Position numbers and translations under genes: made by a program
Assembly: GCA_964016885.1 (NCBI GenBank)
Contig: CAXHJY010000835.1
Span: forward strand, 1 to 30,182
DNA from: Eledone cirrhosa
Taxonomy: Eukaryota
Direction of reading: 5' to 3'
Length of the DNA stretch: 30,182 nt
Part shown: in pieces, positions 1 through 13,546 of the stretch
Layout: each line of letters starts with the position of its first letter
Numbering within the stretch: position 1 is the first letter of the stretch
The notes under the pieces: model-generated
What the model saw: only the letters and a program-made list of their open reading frames with translations
What the model was told of the DNA's origin: nothing
The model's database searches: none

Positions 1-81
1 ATAAAAAGTAGCGAAGCAAGCGGTTAACAAACAATTCTCTAAATAAATTAAAAAAGGATTTAAATAATCACCTGTTCTGTT

Positions 82-162
82 GCTGTTACCGACGGTTTCA
101 TCATTCCAAAAGATTGGAAATCCAGAGAATTTCCAATGGAAAGAAATGAATCTTCAGACAGC
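82..162 (-). ncRNA. Type I hammerhead ribozyme motif (Penelope-type), extended stem II
   Basis: Minus strand reads GCTGT-CTGAAGA-[TCATTTC..ATTGGAAAT/ATTTCCAAT..GGAATGA]-GAA-ACCGTCGGT-A-ACAGC. Stem I is a perfect 5 bp, the CUGANGA/GAAA core is intact, helix III is quasi-palindromic, and the cleavage triplet is GUA. The pair closing stem II is a U-U mismatch. Confidence 0.75.
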
Positions 163-172
163 CTATTTCCAC

Positions 173-634
<462 letters not shown>

Positions 635-753
635 GAAGGCGCGTGGCTGAGTGGTTAGCGAATTGGATTCGCAATCGTGAGGTTGTGAGTTCGATTCCTG
701 GACCGGGCGATGCGTTATGTCCTTGAGCAAGACACTTTGTTTCACGTTGCTCC
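635..753 (+). mobile_element. tRNA-derived SINE (CORE-like body), 3' truncated
   Basis: Pol III box A TGGCTGAGTGG (644-654) and box B GTTCGATTCC (689-698), then GTCCTTGAGCAAGACACTT...TTTCACGTTGCTCC shared with the copy at 12557. Confidence 0.85.
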
Positions 754-2740
754 TTCTACCTGGAGTTGCGACCGATAGATAGAAAGACCAATGGAAACAT
801 TGTTTCCCCGGTCCGATTTGACGAAAGTCGATCGTTCCTTAAAAAAAAAAAAAATATATATATATATATAGTGAAAACAGTGTGGACATTCGAAAACGTT
901 CTATACAGATCACATTATATAAAGAAAATTCTAAAAAAAAAGGGACTTGAAAAGCACACCTGGTATATATGTATAGAAAGGATCTTTATAATATGTATAA
1001 AAAAATTGGTGTTTGCAAAGCCTGCTTTCTCCGTTTTGGATTATGAAAACATTTATCATTGGGTTAAATTGTCTTTTCGTTAAAACTGCTGATTTTCGAC
1101 CACCACATATATAATGTTTAATATAGAAATGGATACTACTCCTTTATAAATGTACATGTTTATTGTTTTCTGTATAGTTTCTTTTTGTTTTAAACTATAT
1201 ATATTTCAGGTTCTTATGTATTTTTTGTGTCTTAATTATGGATTTTGTCAATTCTATGTTATTTTAGACATGGTTGAACTTTTTCTCATTTGTATGTATT
1301 TAATGCATCTGTATAGTGCATCTGTATATTTTTTACACTCTCATCTTTTTCTTTTGTTGTCAGCGTTATTTGTTTATTGATTGCAATAATAATAGGACAT
1401 TACCTTGAAGATGTTTAGTAGAGAATAACAGCTTCAGTAATTATTTCAAACAGGTAAGATTTTGACGATCTCTATACATATAGAAATAAAAATGATAAAC
1501 GGAATACAGACACACTTATTTTTATATTTTATATTCTTTAACTGTTTCACAACTTCTTATACAATTTATATCTTTTTAAGTAGAGTTCTCTTCTTTATTA
1601 CTTCTACGTCTCACAATTTGTTCATTTGTTATGTCTTACTTAAATATTTTAATTGTTTTACAATTTTAGTTTTTTGATTTTACTTCATATGAATTTTGTA
1701 CCTTATCTCTTTCAAAACGTTTTTAACTTTTAGACTTTCATATTTCTAGTTTATGTATTTCGTTTTTAGAATTAACAACTCATATTTTCTTAATTTTATC
1801 TCTCTAATCTCTTTCATTTTTTCTTTTTTTTTGTCTAATTTCATATCTGTTTTACGTCTTATAGATTTTGTCTGCTTTATTTGTTTCCAACTTCATTTTT
1901 TTACATCTTAAAACTTTTCCGCGTTATCTAATTTACAACTTGTAGTCCATCTTTAAAAATGTTATATATTGTGTCTAATTTATCTGTTCGTCAATTTTAA
2001 TTCCCTCCCGTTACTATAGTTTATTAAATACATTCATCCATACACCCCCCTCCATGTATACTATAATAATTCTACTCTTTATCTATTTTCCAGGTTCTGT
2101 TATTTCTGTGTGAATTTAGATATTTTCGCCTTTTTTGTTTAACTTATTTCATTTCTTTATTTTTACATTTCGCTTATATTCATCTTTTATCAACTGGTTT
2201 ACAACTGTTTTTTAATGTTTACTTCATATTCTATTTCACGATCTAAATACAATAGTAATATCTTCTTTTTAAAGTCCTGTATATATTTTCTTTGTGAGAT
2301 TTCCGTCCCATATTTCGTCCTTTTTTTAAGGTCCTATTTTGATCTTTCATTTATTTCGCAACTTTAATCTTTTCCTTTGTTTGTTTTTTTAATGTAATTT
2401 TCAGCTTTCATTTCTATTTTTAACGCCTGAAATACTTTCATCTTTTTCAATTTTATAGTATTTATTTGCCTTATTTTAGATTTTATAATACATTTTCTCG
2501 CGGTTAGTCTTTTGCCATTTTTTGCCTTCGTTACTTTCTCATATATTTTGTTTTATATTTTCTCCTTACAGTTTTACGTATCATATTTTTACACATGAAT
2601 TTATTTTAAGTTTTCCTTTAATTTATTCCCTCTTATATATTTCTCTTCTCTGTCTGCTGTACATCGGTAATGTTTTCTTTTTATGTTATACATATTTTTT
2701 CCTTTCCCTATATTAAGAATTTCATTTCTTATGTTTACGT

Positions 2741-2801
<61 letters not shown>

Positions 2802-3279
2802 CTTTATTTCTTTTGTGGGGTTTACCTATTTTGTCTTTATCTATTATATAACTTCAATTTTATCTTTTTACGGCTTCTATAGGTGTTATCTATTTACTTC
2901 CTTATTTTCCCTTTTACCGCTGATATATTCTTTTTATCTATTATCTGTTTTGCAACGTTAACTCATTTTTTAGTCCTATAATCTGTCTTCATTATCTGTT
3001 ATATATTTCTTATTTCTTTTTATATATTATATACATTCTTACATAATGTGGTTCGTATTTTCTTATTGTTTCGCATCTCATATTTTGTTTGCATTATACA
3101 CTATACAAAGTTCATTGAATTTTTTAACGTCATATTTACGATATATATTTAAAATAATGTAAATCTGGTTTCACTTCCACATTTACTTATTTCCTTATTT
3201 CTATACCTAGTATTATAATTAGTATACTTTATAAATACATCAGATATGTAATTCTTTGTGGTTGTTTGGTAATGAAGAT

Positions 3280-3322
3280 ATCCTCTGACGAAACACAATA
3301 GAGGTCGAAAATTGATTAAGAT
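3280..3322 (+). ncRNA. Decayed minimal hammerhead motif
   Basis: ATCCT-CTGACGA-AAC..GTC-GAA-AATTGATT-A-AGAT: core intact and helix III self-complementary with G-U pairs, but stems I and II are mismatched. Confidence 0.5.
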
Positions 3323-3621
3323 GATTCATCACATTTTCAAGAGGGTAATACACAAATTTGACATGTACATATCTATATACACAATGCGTATATTTATATA
3401 CAGATTCACGCAATTTCAGTTAACCCTGTACATTATATATACAGATCTATTTATCTTATATTTCGACTGCTTACTGAATAATTTAATGTATTCTAAACTA
3501 TCTATCAACATGTACATTAATATTCAACTGAATAGCTCCAGTTCAAAGTTACCGCTACATTTGGTAGTCTATTTAAGGCCATCAATTACGTATGTCTTTG
3601 TTTTTGTTCTTGAATGTAGAT

Positions 3622-3665
3622 ATTCGTTGATTATATCCGAATAAGGATAGAAACCGATTAAACAT
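3622..3665 (+). ncRNA. Strongly decayed hammerhead motif (second unit of an old tandem)
   Basis: TTGATTA-TATCC-GAATAA-GGATA-GAAACCGAT: perfect stem II, but the core is mutated from CTGATGA. Downstream sequence resembles that after 3322. Confidence 0.35.
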
Positions 3666-3723
3666 GATCAGCTTTTACAATCTACAGGGGAAATATATAC
3701 AATTACACGTTTATATACTCAAC

Positions 3724-3789
<66 letters not shown>

Positions 3790-3927
3790 AGACAATCACG
3801 GTTAACCTTGTACTGTTTATATATATAATATATATGTATGTAAAAGGTAAACAGAAATAACAACACAATCGGTACAGTATATGGAAGGTATATATTAGGT
3901 TAACGCTTGAAATAGCAGGAAGAGGGT

Positions 3928-3961
3928 CTTAACGTTTTGGGCGCTAGTCCTTCATCAGAAG
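3928..3961 (-). ncRNA. Decayed minimal Penelope-type hammerhead motif
   Basis: Minus strand CTT-CTGATGA-AGG..CCC-AAA-ACGT-T-AAG. GAAA appears as AAAA (consistent with CpG decay); ACGT palindromic helix III; 3-bp stem I. Confidence 0.5.
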
Positions 3962-4936
3962 TAAAAATGAAAAATTAGAAAGATTAAAGGGACGGACGGG
4001 GCGGAATCGGAAAAAATGTTTTTCGATAAAAATAACAGGTCCATTCGTGTTGCCATTTCTTGGAAATATATATATATATATATTATTCATAAACATATAC
4101 ATATATGTCACGCTGTGGGTATTTTAAGCTGTGATCATGTCACATATACGTTCAGTCACTTTTTATTCAATGTAGGTGAGGTTTATTCATTCAGTAGTGA
4201 GGTAAATAAGCTGATGCCATATATGTGGAAGTTTGCACATGATAAATATACATATTGTAAAGGTTTTTGTTTGATTGTAAACTTGCAGTGTGTCTATATG
4301 TATGGTTTGCGTGCACATGCGTATGTTGTATGCATCTGTTTTTGTGAATACGTGTGGATACCGAAATTACTGAATTGAAATATCCGTGACCTATACCGAG
4401 ATATTGATTATTGTATATTATTGGTCGTTTAATTAGAAAATAACGAAACTATATGGAATATTAGTTAGCCATATGTCATTTTTTCAATAATGCCATTTAA
4501 AAAAAATTATATATTTTCGATGAAAATAGTCAAACCTAATGAGAACTGATCATTGATATAAACGTTCAAATCTCTCTTTTCTTTATTTATTTGTTTGTCC
4601 CTATCAATTTATCCAATATCTATCTATCTATCTATCTATCTGTCTGTCTGTTCGCCTGTCTGTCTGTTCGCCTGTCTGTCTGTATGTCCGCCTGACTGCC
4701 TGTCTCTCTATCTATCCACCTAGATTATATTCCATATATCCATGTCTCCACTAATCCATCTATATATATATTTAACAATTAAATTGTGTTTGTTTCAATC
4801 GTGCTGCGTGGTACTTTGGTAAATATTTTGTGAATGGAATTCAGGGGACGTAAAGCGTGAAGAAGTCTTTTCTATTGTTTTTTTCTTTTTTACTATATAT
4901 ATATTTTTTCTATATATCAACTTTTCTATATATGTC

Positions 4937-5600
<664 letters not shown>

Positions 5601-5624
5601 TTTACATATATATGGTTCTTTTGT

Positions 5625-5945
5625 AGAGCGAGGGACATCTCTCTAGGAGAAGGTCACTTTGATATAAAATCTGCAACTTCGTTTGCATCCAATGATGTAG
5701 ACCAGTTCTACTTTTTGAGTAAATGCAAGTGATGTTCAGAGAATGGTTTGGCCCCGTGCAAAGTCTTTCCTTACTTACAAAATCTTCAAGCACAGACAGG
5801 CTTCGCTTGATATGTGACATTTTTGCGATGCATGGCATTGCTGGCCATGGGCAAGTCCTTAGCAGAACTAATAGGCCACGGTCCTTGATGCTCATGCTTA
5901 AGTATCAAGCGATGGCATTACTCGAAATCGAGTTGCAGCCATCAT
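5625..5945 (+). mobile_element. Decayed non-autonomous RTE-type element (5'UTR-like part joined to 3' end)
   Basis: CTAGGAGAAGG..GATATAAAATCTGC and GGTTTGGCCCCGTGCAAAGTCTTTCCTTACTT match 13300-13460. CAAGTCCTTAGCAGAACTA..CAC matches the KSLAGLKSH finger at 12383. The 3' end GGCATTACTCGAAATCGAGTTGCAGCCATCAT is shared with 12460-12490 and 13510-13546. Confidence 0.6.
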
Positions 5946-8487
5946 ATATATATATGGGGGGGGGGGGGGGGGGGGGTGCATGTGTGTGCGTGTATGTGAA
6001 TCTGTGTCCATGTCTGTGTTTATTCAACCATTGCGATGCCATAGACTGAACAGTCAGTATTTTACACGCATAGACGTTATCTATGTTAGCAGAGTAAATC
6101 TTTAACTTAATTTCGAAGGATTGAACGAACTCTAACGTGGCTGCTTGTTATATTTGATACATAGCACACAACTAAGACTTCTCTAAGAAACCATCCTTGT
6201 TACGTTTCATAAACGAAGCAGGCATAATATAATTACAGCAGCTTAGCAAAACATTTCTGACAATAAATTTAAAATGGCGACGTTTATAATTTTTCCGTGG
6301 TATAACATAAACGTTTTCAGACTCAGTCATGATCAGATCGAATATATATTTGTATACTATTGCGATAGCTATCATTGTTTCTTTGAAGTTCATAACTACA
6401 ACAACAACAACATCATGAGCAGCAGTAACACTAGTAGTAGTAATTGTTATTTTTACTGTTAGCATTTAACCCCAAGTTAGCTTTACGAACGAACGCATTC
6501 AAACTTTGTCCAGTTCGTCTTTTGCAAATGAGGCTTACCTGTATGCAGGTATACTTGTATGTAGGACTATCTATCTGCACATCTACATGGACTGTCCAAC
6601 ATTTCCCTCCTTATTTTACAATATTGATGTGTGATTTTGGGAGATATATGACGGCATTCGTTTCGAGTAATGTCATCGCTCTAAGCTTATAGATTATCGT
6701 GGTCAAATTTGTTTTCCATTCGTTTGGTATTGATAAAAGAAGTACCACCTAGGTCAGTGAATAGTCAAAATTATAGAGATGCCTGGTGTTATTTATTCCG
6801 ATACATTATTCCACTGGAGTAACTATTCCAGTACACTACTGGTCATCATTCATGTGCTCAGTGAAACCTAGCCTGGGGATAAAAAAAACCCATTTAAATG
6901 TAGAACTTCATCGTTGAGAGCTTAGTATTTTGATCATTGATACAGTATTGTGCCGGTAACGATATTTGATGGCATTCCTATTCCAGAGAGCTATATATTC
7001 CATTTGCAAGTAGGAATCTATAGCAAATGAAAAGCGTTTCTTGAATTCAAACTCACGGGCCTCTTCTCCATTTTATAGCGATGTTACTGATTTATGCAGC
7101 GATCTGTATCTAATATTAACTATATATTAACTATATATTCTCAGCTAGGACGACTGACGAATTTTAAAGTAACGATTGTTGTTTGTGGACACAAGGCAAT
7201 AAGGTTTATAGGATGTAAGCCACTAAATTTGTTATCTGATATATTATTCACCAGGAGGGTTGTCACTCTGATTAATCGAATGTATCGAAATGTGAAGACA
7301 GGGATAGTTTATCAATCAGTTTATCGGCACCGACCTGCAGTATAGAGGTGTGATAAGTTTAAGAGAAAAAAACTATTCGTCGAGGAAGAATACTGGCCTT
7401 ACAACTCATGAATGTGTTATTCATAATTGTTATGTGTCTGATAAGATCAGTTAATTACATCTACAACTCTTAGTTCAGGAAAGTGGAGATTAATTAGTCG
7501 AATTCTCTGTAGAGGTTAGATTTTCCAAGGAAACCGTATTATCTTCGCTTTTTCTTTTTTGAGAAACCGAGTTTAAGAACTGACAGAATATAAATCTAGG
7601 TAGTGACACATTTAGGAATAATTTTGAGCAATCATCACTACTATTTTGATAAAGCAACGGCATAGAGATTCAAGCTTTCTCGAGGAAATTAGTTATATGC
7701 TTTTAAACAGGCCACTTTACTAAGAGACGAATTCAACTAATTCAAGTGGAGGAGTTGCTTTTAACGAGATCGTCTGAAATATTCTCCTTACTCGCCAGTT
7801 TGTTATAAGTTGGATGCGTTTTTTAAGTATTCAAATCGTGTTGCACATGAGATCCTTTGTTGTTTTTTTGTTAAACTAACACCAAAATATAAATTAATAC
7901 CGCTTCATCTTGAACTACGTCACACTTTGTATATAGCTATGAGATGTTTCTTCAGAGTATCATATTATATCAGCTTCATTTAGATCTAAGTCATACTGTG
8001 TATATGACCATGGACTGTTTCTTTGTCGTACCACGAGGGCAAGACTTCCCAAAGAACTTTGACAAAACAATTAACAAATTTTAAACTGCAAGAAATGCGA
8101 TACAAATAAATACTGGAGTTGATATGAGCAACAAAATGCGTTGATGTCAATGATCGAGAGTGGCTGAAGACTAATTACTGACACCAGCAAATAGACAATA
8201 ATCGTCGTTTCTTCCTCAATCTGCTTAACTTCTTCCCTGTAACTTCATCACCATGCCCATCTCATTCTTCTCATCCTTAGCCTCTTAGTCGACACGCACA
8301 CACGTGCACCACACAACGTGCACCAACACACTAGGCACATACATTAGTAGTGTGTGCATTTATGCTTATGTATATGAATATATACACTCACATGAACACA
8401 GGCAGTCACACGTGTATTAAGACATCTACCTATCTATCGCTATCCATCACTCTCTCTCTCTCTCTCGCTCTCTCTCTCTATCAATTT

Positions 8488-8525
8488 GTTTATATATATA
8501 TATGTATATACATATATATATATAC

Positions 8526-8584
<59 letters not shown>

Positions 8585-8586
8585 TG

Positions 8587-8627
<41 letters not shown>

Positions 8628-8986
8628 GTATATATATATATGTATATATATATATGTATATACATATATGTATATATATATATGTATATACATATATGTA
8701 TATATATATGTATATATATATATGTATATATATATATGTATATACATATATGTATATACATATATGTATATATATATATGTATATACATATATCTATATA
8801 TATATATGTATATACATATATGTATATATATATATACATATATATATATATGTATATATATATATACATATATATATATGTATATATACATATATATGTA
8901 TATATATATGTGTGTGTGTATATACATATATGTATATATATATACATATATATATATATGTATATATATGTGTGTGTGTATATAAA

Positions 8987-9025
<39 letters not shown>
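8488..9025. repeat. (TA)n with TG/CA interruptions
   Basis: Direct reading. Confidence 0.97.
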
Positions 9026-9027
<2 letters not shown>

Positions 9028-9451
9028 AAAGTTATATTTAAATTGTTGGGTTACAACTAGTAAATATTTATAACTGATATAAAAGCACTCAACAAGTATT
9101 TGGAGTATATTTACGATATTAAATAAATGGAAACTATATTTATAAAACCATATCTATTTCATTATATATATTTCAGGGATATCATATTAACAATATGTTA
9201 TGCCTTCTTCAGACAAAATACAATATAGACAGTTTTATAGATAAATAGATTTGACATACCGTTCAACATCGACTTGTATTTGAAAAATCAACTTTTTCAA
9301 ATACAAGTCGATGTTGAACGGTATGTCAAATCTATTTATCTATAAAACTGTCTCTGAAGAAAGCATAACATATTGTTAATATGATATCCCTGAAATATAT
9401 ATAATGAAATAGATATGGTTTTATAAATATAGTTTCCATTTATTTAATATC

Positions 9452-9454
<3 letters not shown>
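9026..9454. mobile_element. Fold-back Penelope-like mini-element, 'family B' copy 1
   Basis: Inverted arms 9112-9287 and 9293-9454 (5-nt loop; 14-bp deletion in the right arm), unique tail 9026-9111, hammerhead inside, (TA)n on both sides. Confidence 0.85.
9155..9220 (-). ncRNA. Type I minimal hammerhead ribozyme motif
   Basis: TATTTTGT-CTGAAGA-AGGCATAACATATT.GTT.AATATGATATCCCT-GAA-ATATATAT-A-ATGAAATA: 8-bp stem I (2 G-U pairs) and palindromic helix III. Confidence 0.8.
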
Positions 9455-9545
<91 letters not shown>

Positions 9546-10151
9546 GCCATTATCTCTGAGACTAATTAAATGTAGGTCATCGAAATAATCGTTTTTATTT
9601 TATTTTATTTTTAATTATTGTATTTATTTATATATTCATATATAATTTTCATGAGTTTTATGCTGTCTTTCTGTTTTGCTTAGGTTTGTTTACTGCTTTT
9701 ATTGTTATTGTTGTTTGAAAATTGATAGGAAAATGCCAAATGATGATAGGAGAAAGAGAGGAGAAAGAGACAAAGCGAGGGGTATAGTGGATGTTATCTC
9801 TCAAGTGTCGGACATTTTCCAATATGAACGACTTCAAAAGTGTATCACGTGTCTTATAGGAAAATCAATGGGTATGGCGGCGCTTAATTGAATTGTCTTT
9901 GGCTAATATCACGTCACTCAGACAAATAGAGCGACTGGGAGCAAGAGCGATGACGATAATAACAACAAAACCAATAAAAAAGAAAATAATAGCAATAATA
10001 ACGATAATATTGATAATAATAATGATAATAATAAACGGGTGATAGTGATGATAATACAACTAATAAAAGCCATAATGAAACGACGTCCTCAACAAGTAAC
10101 AAGTCCCTCCAACCAACACCACCATAAAGAAATGCATAATAGATTACCAAC

Positions 10152-10562
10152 CGCCGCCGCCGCTGCCACCAACACCACCGCCGCTGCCACCACCACCACC
10201 ACCGCCAACGTGGACGCCGCCGCCGCCGCTACTACTACTACTACTACTACTACTAAAAATACTACTACTACTACTACTGCCACCACAACCTCCCCACTAC
10301 CACCACCACCACCACCACCACCAATACCACTACCACCACCACTACCCACTACTACTACTACCACCACCACCTCCCCACACCACCACCACCACCACCAATA
10401 CCACCACAACCACCACTACTACTACTACTCCTACTACTACTACCATCACCACCACCACCACCACCACTACCCACTATCACCACCACCACTACCACTACCA
10501 TCACAACCTCCTCCACCACCACCACCACCACCACCACCACCACCACCACCACCACCACCACC

Positions 10563-10594
<32 letters not shown>

Positions 10595-10880
10595 CATCAC
10601 AACCTCCTCCACCACCACCACTACTACTACTACCATCACAACCTCCTCCTCCACCACCACCACCAATACCACCACAACCACCACTACTACTACTACCATC
10701 ACAACCTCTTCTACCACCACCACTACCACCACCACCACTACCACTACCACCACTACTACTACTACTACTACCATCACAACCTCCTCCACCACCACCACTA
10801 CCACCACCACCACCACCACCACCACCACCACCACCACCACCACCACCACTACTACTACTACCATCACAACCTCCTCCACC

Positions 10881-10912
<32 letters not shown>

Positions 10913-10936
10913 CATCACAACCTCCTCCTCCACCAC
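10152..10936. repeat. Compound (CCG)/(CTA)/(CCA)n trinucleotide array with a recurring CCATCACAACCTCCT sub-unit
   Basis: Direct reading; explains the poly-P, poly-T and poly-V ORFs. Confidence 0.95.
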
Positions 10937-11118
10937 TGATGTTGATGGTGTGATGGTTATGGTGATGTTGATGGTGTGATGGTTATGGTGATGTTGATGG
11001 TGTGATGGTTATGGTGATGTTGATGGTGTGATGGTTATGGTGATGTTGATGGTGTGATGGTTATGGTGATGTTGATGGTGTGATGGTTATGGTGATGTTG
11101 ATGGTGTGATGGTTATGG
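10937..11118. repeat. 26-bp tandem repeat TGATGTTGATGGTGTGATGGTTATGG, ~7 copies
   Basis: Direct reading; units identical. Confidence 0.95.
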
Positions 11119-11221
11119 TGGTAACGATAAAGAGTTAAATATCGTCTGAAGTGTTTTTCAAATGTTGTGATTAGTGGTATTGCTAAAGCATACATATATA
11201 TATATATATGGATATATCCTG

Positions 11222-11342
<121 letters not shown>

Positions 11343-11351
11343 TATATATAT

Positions 11352-11641
11352 GCAGAGGTTATATTTAATTTGTTGGGATTCAACAAGCTTAAACATTTTA
11401 TAACAAATATAAAGCACTCAACAGCTTAGTGGAGTAAATATACAATATATTAACAAATGGAAACTATATTTATAAAACCATATTTATTTTATTATACATA
11501 TTTCAAGGGCCACCTTGAAAACAAATCTGTATTGTATTTTATCTGATGAAAGCGCACCATAATTTGCCTTGGTGGCCCTTGAAATATGTATAATAAAATA
11601 AATATGGTTTTATAAACATAGTTTCCATTTGTTAATATATT
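11352..11641. mobile_element. Fold-back Penelope-like mini-element, 'family B' copy 2
   Basis: Homologous to 9026-9454. Arms 11444-11514 and 11571-11641, tail 11352-11443, flanked by (TA)n. Confidence 0.85.
11535..11600 (+). ncRNA. Type I minimal hammerhead ribozyme motif
   Basis: TATTTTAT-CTGATGA-AAGCGCACCA..TGGTGGCCCTT-GAA-ATATGTAT-A-ATAAAATA: perfect 8-bp stem I, intact core. Confidence 0.85.
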
Positions 11642-11663
11642 ATATATATATATATATATATAT

Positions 11664-11852
11664 GAAAATGTTTAACCCCGACGTCAGAGCTCAAGCCGTT
11701 TCGACGGCTATTTCTGGACAGAAATAGCCGTCGAAACGGCTTGAGCTCTGACGTCGGGGTTAAACATTTTCCTATTACCCACTCTACTACCCTAAGTATT
11801 GAGTACTCTGGTGCGTTATGGTCCATCTGATTCCTTACCACACTTCCTTCGT

Positions 11853-11854
<2 letters not shown>
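11664..11854. mobile_element. Fold-back mini-element, 'family C' (53-bp perfect arms plus tail)
   Basis: Arms 11664-11716 and 11719-11771; tail 11772-11854 with an ACTC..GAGT hairpin; carries the 3' half of a hammerhead-like fold (GAAACGGC..GACGTC); (TA)n flanks. Confidence 0.8.
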
Positions 11855-11891
<37 letters not shown>

Positions 11892-12339
11892 GAGGGGAGA
11901 AAGAGAGGTGAGAATATATTAATATGATATCCTTATATATACACACATGAAATCATATATATACTAGCGTAATATCCGATAATGTCGCCATTCATTCCAT
12001 TATTTGTACATTTATTTTATATTTACCCTTATTCCATTTCTTTGGCGTGTCTCATTTTCTCTTCTTTCAGTATGAGTTGGTTCGAATATTTAATTCGCCT
12101 AATAAATTTAGTTTGTATGTATGTATGTATGTATGTATGTATGTATGTATGTATGTATGTATGTATGTATGTATGTTGACTTGTTCTTCTTTTTGGTAAA
12201 TATCATCTTGGTTAAGAGAGTGAGACTGGCTTTGTGCAGTGCCTTTGCTCACTATAAAAGCTTCACGGCACAGGCATTGCTTTATATCTGGAGATCTCTC
12301 TGCACTTGTCGTCACATGGTACCATGGACCCAGCACTGT

Positions 12340-12490
12340 GTGTCAGTAATTGTCACAAGTGTAGTGTTTGTACCAGAGTTTTCAAGTCGCTGGCTGGACT
12401 AAAAAGTCACACTCGTTCAGCGCATCGGCAGGGGTTCTCCTACATGGATATAAAGTTGTGGCCGTACTCGAAAACGAGTCGGCAGCCACC
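12340..12490 (+). mobile_element. 3' end of an RTE-type LINE (C-terminal C2H2 finger plus 3'UTR)
   Basis: Translates to CSVCTRVFKSLAGLKSHTRSAH, the CxxC..S..GL.SH.R.H finger typical of RTE ORF C-termini, followed by a terminus shared with two other copies. Confidence 0.65.
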
Positions 12491-12556
12491 ATGTATGTAT
12501 GTATGTATGTATGTATGTATGTATGTATGTATGTATGTATGTATGTATGTGTGCAT

Positions 12557-12870
12557 GAGAAGATGCATGGCTTTGTGGTTAGGATATTCGGTTCATAATC
12601 GTAAGGCCATGAGTTCGATTCCCAGTGGCTTGTTCTGTCCTTGAGCGAGACGCTATTTCACGTTGCTCCAGTCCACTCAGCTGACAAAAATGAATTCTTC
12701 CTGTAGTTCGAAGGTGCCAGTTATGTCATTCTATATCACGCTGAATCTTCCTGAGAACTACGTCAAGGGTACACGTGCCTCTGGAATGCTCAGCGTTAAT
12801 TTCACGCGCAGTCTGTTGCCTTTATCGTATCAATTGGAACATTCATCGTCATAACCAACGGAGTGCCAAT
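12557..12870 (+). mobile_element. tRNA-derived SINE, near full length
   Basis: Box A-like TGGCTTTGTGG, box B GTTCGATTCC, body GTCCTTGAGCGAGACGCTATTTCACGTTGCTCC homologous to 635-753. Confidence 0.8.
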
Positions 12871-12944
12871 TGATGTATGTATGTATGTATGTATGTATGT
12901 ATGTATGTATGTATGTATGTATGTATGTATGTATGTATGTATGT

Positions 12945-13546
12945 TGAGTGCTACTGGTAACATGTAACCCAGTACAACTTGTCACGTGGTGGGGTCGTCG
13001 GCGACTAAACCGGCAACCCCACCAAGTTTACTTGATGAGGAGGGTGATTTTAGACACCCTGCAGGACAAAAAACAAAACCTGACAAAGGGTGGAAGAACT
13101 CATAAGGGTCAACGGTCATCGAAAAGTGTGTAAATATGTATATACACATGTACATATGTACGTATATGTATATGTGTGTATATGCATGGGTCCATTGTAT
13201 GTAAATGCGCGGGGACATAGAAATATTCGGGCTGGACACCCGATCGCGCAGTTAAACCACTGGGAGTGAAGGACCCCTAGCCTTTGTCAGGGCATTCTTC
13301 TAGGAAACTGGGATAACTCCGATATAAAACCTGCGGCTCAGTAGTTACCGATGATATTGATCTTTTCTTATTTTCGGGTTATGGCTATTGTCGCTCAGAA
13401 AGTGGGATTGGCTCAGTGCACAGTATTTCCTCACTTTAAAAAATATCTTCATGTACAGGCAATGCTCAATAGAATCAATTAATAATTATTAATAATGGTA
13501 TATTGTGCAATGGCCATACTCGATAACGAGGGGGCAGCCATCATCA
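12945..13546 (+). mobile_element. Non-autonomous bipartite RTE-type element
   Basis: GC-richer 5' part homologous to 5625-5800, no ORF, ending in GGCCATACTCGATAACGAG..GCAGCCATCATC; bounded by (TATG)n. Confidence 0.6.

Noticed and set aside
635-706. Possible tRNA gene
   Set aside because: Boxes A and B are present, but the sequence continues into a SINE body repeated elsewhere in the window, and no clean cloverleaf was found.
9112-9454. Inverted repeats as miRNA precursors or assembly fold-back artefacts
   Set aside because: Arms in several elements carry substitutions or indels, end at equivalent positions across families and contain ribozyme motifs, so retroelement inversion explains them better. 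Read-level confirmation is still advisable.
10039-10953. 304-aa proline-rich 'formin/extensin-like' ORF
   Set aside because: Pure trinucleotide repeat array, open on both strands, with no flanking domain or splice evidence.
12345-12430. Host C2H2 zinc-finger gene exon
   Set aside because: A single finger followed directly by a terminus shared with two other repeat copies fits an RTE C-terminus better.
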